A DNA stretch of 64,000 nucleotides from Bacteroidia bacterium (lineage in GTDB: Bacteria; Bacteroidota; Bacteroidia; UKL13-3). The stretch's first letter is position 1. Each line of letters starts with the position of its first letter. Under the pieces are notes generated by a model. It had not been told where the DNA came from. It searched no databases and worked only from the letters and a program-made list of their open reading frames with translations. A program made the position numbers and the translations under genes. Below are positions 59,799 to 64,000 of the stretch, one piece after another. The stretch is taken from contig JBKBLB010000001.1 of assembly GCA_046296495.1 (NCBI GenBank), positions 69,740-133,739 on the forward strand. Direction: 5' to 3'.

Positions 59799-62483
59799 TT
59801 AAAACACTTTTCTTAGCCTTTTTTTGGCTTCTTCTTCAGCTTGTTTTTTAAGGCGTTCTTTTTCGGCATTGGCTTTTTCTTCAGCTTCACGTTTCAGTCT
59901 GTCGGCTTCGGCACGCGCTTTGGCTTCAGCTTCGGCTTTTGCTTGGCGGGCTTTTTCTTCAGCTTCGTTTTTAAGTCTGTCGGCTTCGGCACGCGCTTTA
60001 GCTTCTAGTTCGGCTTTTCGTTTAGCTGCTTCATCGGCAAGTTGGTTGCCAATTTTTTTGGCTTCATCTTTTACAATATTGCCAATATTGGTGCCAATTT
60101 TCGGGTTGGTAAAAGTACCCGTTATGGTTAATCCAATGGGTATATCCTGGCTCATGTTTATGTTTGAGCCTAATTTTTCATTTAGCTGTGCAAGGGCACT
60201 GTTTATGGCTGTGTTTGCGGCTCCCAGTTCACTTCGTTTAAGATTGGTTTTACCTATATAATCAATGGTTTGATCTAAGCCGCTGCTGCCACTTAAGTTT
60301 ACTTTTTTGCCTGCCAGCAAAATATCAAAAGGTTGTGTGGTAATGCGCCCATCTTCAACTTTAAAATTAATTAGCGCATTGCTTATGGTACCTTGTTTAA
60401 ATTCAGGTTTATTTAGTGCATCGGCAATACGGCTAAATGTTGTAAGGTTATTTATTTCGGCTTTTGGAATATTAAGCAAACCGGTTGCAAACATGGTTGT
60501 AAGATTTGGTTGCATATTTTGTGTAAGTAAGGTTTGCATATTAAAATTCATATTAAAAATACCGGCAATTTTTTCGGCTGCCGGAGCAATTTTTTGAATG
60601 GTATTAAAGGTTTTAAAAGCCTGCTGAATATCAAGGTTTGCTATATTAAAGTTAAAATTCACTTTAGGTTCAGCCACATTTTCGGTATTGTAAAAACCAT
60701 TCATTTTAATGCTTGAACCAAGCGTTTGCAGTGATACATTATTAAAGCTTATTTGCTTATTGCGAAGTGTAACAGTACCTGTAAAATCATTTATAAGCAT
60801 GTTGGTATATACAAGTTTATTGATGCGGCTGTTAAAGATAATATTCAAATTTTCGGGTACTTCAAAAACTGTCAGAGTGCTTGTATCTTCAACAGCTTCA
60901 GCCGGTGCAGAGCCATTGTCGGTTAAAAATTCGTTGGCATTAATTTGGTTGCTTACCAGGTTTAGCGTGGCTTCAAGTTCGCCTTTGTTAAACAAATAGG
61001 GGAGGAAATTGGACACTTTGCCGTTTAAATCAAAATCGCTTTGGCCAATATTTACCTGTAATAGATGTAAGTTAAAAACATCAGGATTTATATCCATGCT
61101 TGCAACAGGCATACTAAAAGGCTTAGGTAGATCTTTGCTGTTATAAAACAGCTTTTGAATATTAATTCTACCGCTTGCATTAAATTTATTGAACTGTTTT
61201 TTTTCTAAGTCGCTAATGTAGCCTTTAGCAGTTATATCGGTATTTATTATCCCGGCAAGTTCAGTTCCATTTTCAAGCGGTATAAGGCTTTTTATGTGGT
61301 TAAAATCTATTTTGCCTTTAGCAGCAAAATCAATAAAAGGGTTGCTTATGGGTGTTGATACTTGCAGCAACATACTAAATGGATTTTTTTGCAGGTTAAA
61401 ATCGCAACGGCTAAGATTTATATGGGTACGATCAATATCACCATCGGGTTTATTAATATTTAATGCAATATTTACAGCTTCAAGTGGTGCGGGCATATCT
61501 GTATATTTAAACCATCCATCAGCTATATGTAGGTTCAACCCAAAAGCAGGCATATTTTTTTGGTTGTAAATACCTTTTACATAACCTTCAAAACCTAAAT
61601 TGCCTTTTGCTTGCAGTGCATTTAAATCTGATTTGTAAACAGCAGGTACCAGCGACAGAAAGTCTTTAAATGAATTTTCTTTTACTGCAAATGTTAAGTC
61701 GAGGTCAATATCTTCTTTTGGCATGGCTATTCTGCCATTAAAAGCCAATTTTAATGTATTAAGGATAAAAGTATTTTCTTTAAATACAAATTTCATGTTT
61801 GGCATATCTGCATCAATATCGGCATTTAGGCTCATGTCTGCATCGGTAAGGTAATTTATACCACCCATGCTTACGGTAATACCTGCAATATTTAAAAGGT
61901 TTTGCATGGTAAAATTATCTTGCGTAAAATCTCCTGTTAGGTTATAAGTTAGTTTGTTTATTTGAGTAAATACACCTGCCTGCAAATCGTTGTAAGTTAT
62001 GGCTGCATCTTTAATATTTAATTTTTTTAGTTTTACTTTAAATGCAGTTTTCGCTGTATCGGGTTGTGTAGTTGTTGTGTCGGTTGTTTTTGCAATATCC
62101 CAATTGGCTTTACCGTCTTTTAAAACTATGGCCAATAGTTTTGGTTCAACAAGGCTTATATTTATTATACTTATTTGGTCGCCATTGATAACACTCATTA
62201 AATCGAGTGTGGCATTAAACTCTTTTAAAGCTATCAATGTATCGTTTTTAAAATCGTTTATACCCGTTACTGAAAGGTTATGTATGGTGAGTGACAAATT
62301 TGGAAAAGAACGTATAATGTTTAAACCAATGTTATTATCAAAGTTAACTACGGCATTTAAGTTTTGATTGGCTTGCTGCTTAATTAAATCAACAATTTTA
62401 TCTTTAAATAAAAACGGAATGGCAACGATGGTTGCAGCAACAAAAAACAGTACTGTAAAAAGAATGGTTACAAATTTTTTCAT
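59799..62483 (-). CDS. AsmA family protein with charged coiled-coil C-terminal tail
   Basis: N-terminal TM anchor, RSFPNLSL, long beta-rich body, ITGTFTNPKI and an EAKARAEADRLK repeat tail. Confidence 0.82.
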   Translation of the reverse strand: MKKFVTILFTVLFFVAATIVAIPFLFKDKIVDLIKQQANQNLNAVVNFDNNIGLNIIRSFPNLSLTIHNLSVTGINDFKNDTLIALKEFNATLDLMSVINGDQISIINISLVEPKLLAIVLKDGKANWDIAKTTDTTTTQPDTAKTAFKVKLKKLNIKDAAITYNDLQAGVFTQINKLTYNLTGDFTQDNFTMQNLLNIAGITVSMGGINYLTDADMSLNADIDADMPNMKFVFKENTFILNTLKLAFNGRIAMPKEDIDLDLTFAVKENSFKDFLSLVPAVYKSDLNALQAKGNLGFEGYVKGIYNQKNMPAFGLNLHIADGWFKYTDMPAPLEAVNIALNINKPDGDIDRTHINLSRCDFNLQKNPFSMLLQVSTPISNPFIDFAAKGKIDFNHIKSLIPLENGTELAGIINTDITAKGYISDLEKKQFNKFNASGRINIQKLFYNSKDLPKPFSMPVASMDINPDVFNLHLLQVNIGQSDFDLNGKVSNFLPYLFNKGELEATLNLVSNQINANEFLTDNGSAPAEAVEDTSTLTVFEVPENLNIIFNSRINKLVYTNMLINDFTGTVTLRNKQISFNNVSLQTLGSSIKMNGFYNTENVAEPKVNFNFNIANLDIQQAFKTFNTIQKIAPAAEKIAGIFNMNFNMQTLLTQNMQPNLTTMFATGLLNIPKAEINNLTTFSRIADALNKPEFKQGTISNALINFKVEDGRITTQPFDILLAGKKVNLSGSSGLDQTIDYIGKTNLKRSELGAANTAINSALAQLNEKLGSNINMSQDIPIGLTITGTFTNPKIGTNIGNIVKDEAKKIGNQLADEAAKRKAELEAKARAEADRLKNEAEEKARQAKAEAEAKARAEADRLKREAEEKANAEKERLKKQAEEEAKKRLRKVF
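59896..59999. repeat. 26-bp exact direct repeat, 78 bp apart, within the AsmA tail
   Basis: AGTCTGTCGGCTTCGGCACGCGCTTT at 59896-59921 and 59974-59999. Confidence 0.9.
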
Positions 62484-62518
62484 AATAAGATTTTAAAAAG
62501 AGTGCAAAAGTAATTAAA

Positions 62519-63613
62519 TTACTTTAACGGAATTTCAACAGTAACTGTTGTGCCAATATTTACTTTTGATTGGATTGAAATTTTACCGTTAAGTTTTTCA
62601 ACGGCATTTTTGGTATTATATAATCCAATACCCGAGCCGGTTGCTACAGATGATGCTCTAAAAAACATATCATAAACACGATCTAAATATTCTTCTTCAA
62701 TACCGGTTCCATTGTCGCTTACTTTTAATTCGAGGGAGTTATTTTTTATAGATGCATCAACGGTAATTTGTTTATTGGTTTCTTCCTGCCTTTGGTATTT
62801 TATGGCATTTGAGATGAGGTTTTGCAAAATAATTGAAACAACAACAGCATCAGAATGAAAAGTTTTTGCATCGTTGTTTATATTCTTATTAAAATCTATC
62901 TGGTGTGTAATTAAATGACCTTTGTACATATTAAATAATTCTTCAACAATATCATCAAGGTTTACTTTGCTAATGGTAAGCGAGCCTCGTTTTACCCTGT
63001 AATATTCCAGCAGGTTTTTTACAAAATCTTCAAGTGTTCTGATGTTTATTTTAATGTATTCATTAAATTTAAGAATTTCTTTAATTTCATTCGAGTTTGA
63101 AATAAGTTCTGTTAACGAATATATACCGGTAAGCGGTGAACGCAAATCATGCGAAACACTGTACACAAAACGGTCTAAATCGCGGTAGGCTTCTATTAAT
63201 TCTTCATGTTGCTGTTTAAGTTGATTTTGTGTTATGTAAAATTGGTAGCCTTCTTCAAAAGCCAGCTTCATTTCATCTTCATCCCATGGTTTTTTTATGT
63301 ATCTGAATATATTTCCTTTGTTTACCGCTTCAATTACACTTTCAATATCGGTAAAAGCAGTAAGCAACATTCTAACACATTTTGGATAGTCTTTTCTTAC
63401 TTTTTCTAATAATTTAACACCATTCATCAATGGCATTCGGTAATCTGAAATTACAATATGTATGTTGTTTTGAGCCAGAATTTCGAATGCCAAATCAGGT
63501 GTTAAGGCAGTGTAAACATCAATATGAAACCTAAATGCGGCTTTAAATGAAAAAAGATTATGCTCCTCGTCATCTATATATAAAACACATATTTTTTCTT
63601 GTTCTAAACTCAT
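62519..63613 (-). CDS. Hybrid response regulator-histidine kinase
   Basis: REC domain (YIDDE, ISDYRMP, KPW); H-box SHDLRSPL; NLISNAIKY, DNGTGI and GSGIGL. Confidence 0.93.
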   Translation of the reverse strand: MSLEQEKICVLYIDDEEHNLFSFKAAFRFHIDVYTALTPDLAFEILAQNNIHIVISDYRMPLMNGVKLLEKVRKDYPKCVRMLLTAFTDIESVIEAVNKGNIFRYIKKPWDEDEMKLAFEEGYQFYITQNQLKQQHEELIEAYRDLDRFVYSVSHDLRSPLTGIYSLTELISNSNEIKEILKFNEYIKINIRTLEDFVKNLLEYYRVKRGSLTISKVNLDDIVEELFNMYKGHLITHQIDFNKNINNDAKTFHSDAVVVSIILQNLISNAIKYQRQEETNKQITVDASIKNNSLELKVSDNGTGIEEEYLDRVYDMFFRASSVATGSGIGLYNTKNAVEKLNGKISIQSKVNIGTTVTVEIPLK

Positions 63614-63619
63614 TAAATA

Positions 63620-64000
63620 TTATAAAAGTATTATAGGCAGTTTAATATTAAATTCTGTGCCTTCACCTAATTTACTTTTTAATGTAATGCCGCCTTTGTG
63701 TTGTTCTATGGTTTTAAATACAATGCTCATACCCAAACCAGTTCCTTCGCCAACCGGTTTTGTTGTAAAAAACGGTTCAAAAATTCTTTTTTGCGTTTCA
63801 TCATTCATGCCACAGCCATTGTCTTTAAAGTTAAGATAAACAAAGTTATCATCAGAGCTTGATGAAATGGTTAATACACCGCCTTCTTCGTTTTTAAATT
63901 TTTGTTTAACGGCATAAATCGCATTCGATAATAAATTTAAAAACACCTGATTTAATTTACCAGGATAACATTCAATAATTCTGGTACCTGTAAAGTTCTT
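63620..64000 (-). CDS. Sensor histidine kinase, C-terminal HATPase part (5' partial)
   Basis: Frame is open to the window end: CYPGKLNQVFLNLLSNA, DNGCGM, FEPFFTTKPVGEGTGLG. Confidence 0.92.
   Translation of the reverse strand, partial: KNFTGTRIIECYPGKLNQVFLNLLSNAIYAVKQKFKNEEGGVLTISSSSDDNFVYLNFKDNGCGMNDETQKRIFEPFFTTKPVGEGTGLGMSIVFKTIEQHKGGITLKSKLGEGTEFNIKLPIILL

Noticed and set aside
593-63839. Many short antisense or alternate-frame ORFs in the track (e.g. 10086-10496, 44020-44454, 59824-60261)
   Set aside because: They lie within well-supported genes and look like shadow translations with no recognisable motifs.

Overview
AT-rich chromosomal window from a Bacteroidota (Bacteroidetes) bacterium. 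The assignment rests on T9SS C-terminal sorting domains, gldD/gldE, the lpxC-fabZ fusion and TAnnTTTG -7 promoter boxes. Conserved housekeeping blocks (ppk1; dnaN; mutY-ssb-gldE-gldD divergent from HU-TPR-bS22-rng; parC-miaB-sigma54 activator-HD-lpxD-lpxC/fabZ-lpxA-ABC; cobB; tRNA-Gly/Leu; mutS; AsmA; a two-component pair) alternate with accessory secreted or surface protein genes, a copper cluster (MbnP-MbnH and a T9SS multicopper oxidase) and an SbtA-SbtB bicarbonate module. No integrase, transposase, reverse transcriptase or CRISPR array is visible. The most striking signal not shown by the ORF track is a 13-bp tandem repeat (7135-7167) that frameshifts the signal peptide of a Cys-rich orphan gene. 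The gene is OFF with 2 copies and ON with 0 or 3, making it a candidate phase-variable contingency locus paired with a T9SS protein. Other leads are a low-GC islet that appears to supply the N-terminal domain of a 1396-aa adhesin, a cop-box-like operator upstream of the oxidase, a heptamer repeat array, an unannotated bS22 gene, and a GT-C/arylsulfotransferase/giant adhesin trio. All family calls come from motif recognition by eye, not from database searches.
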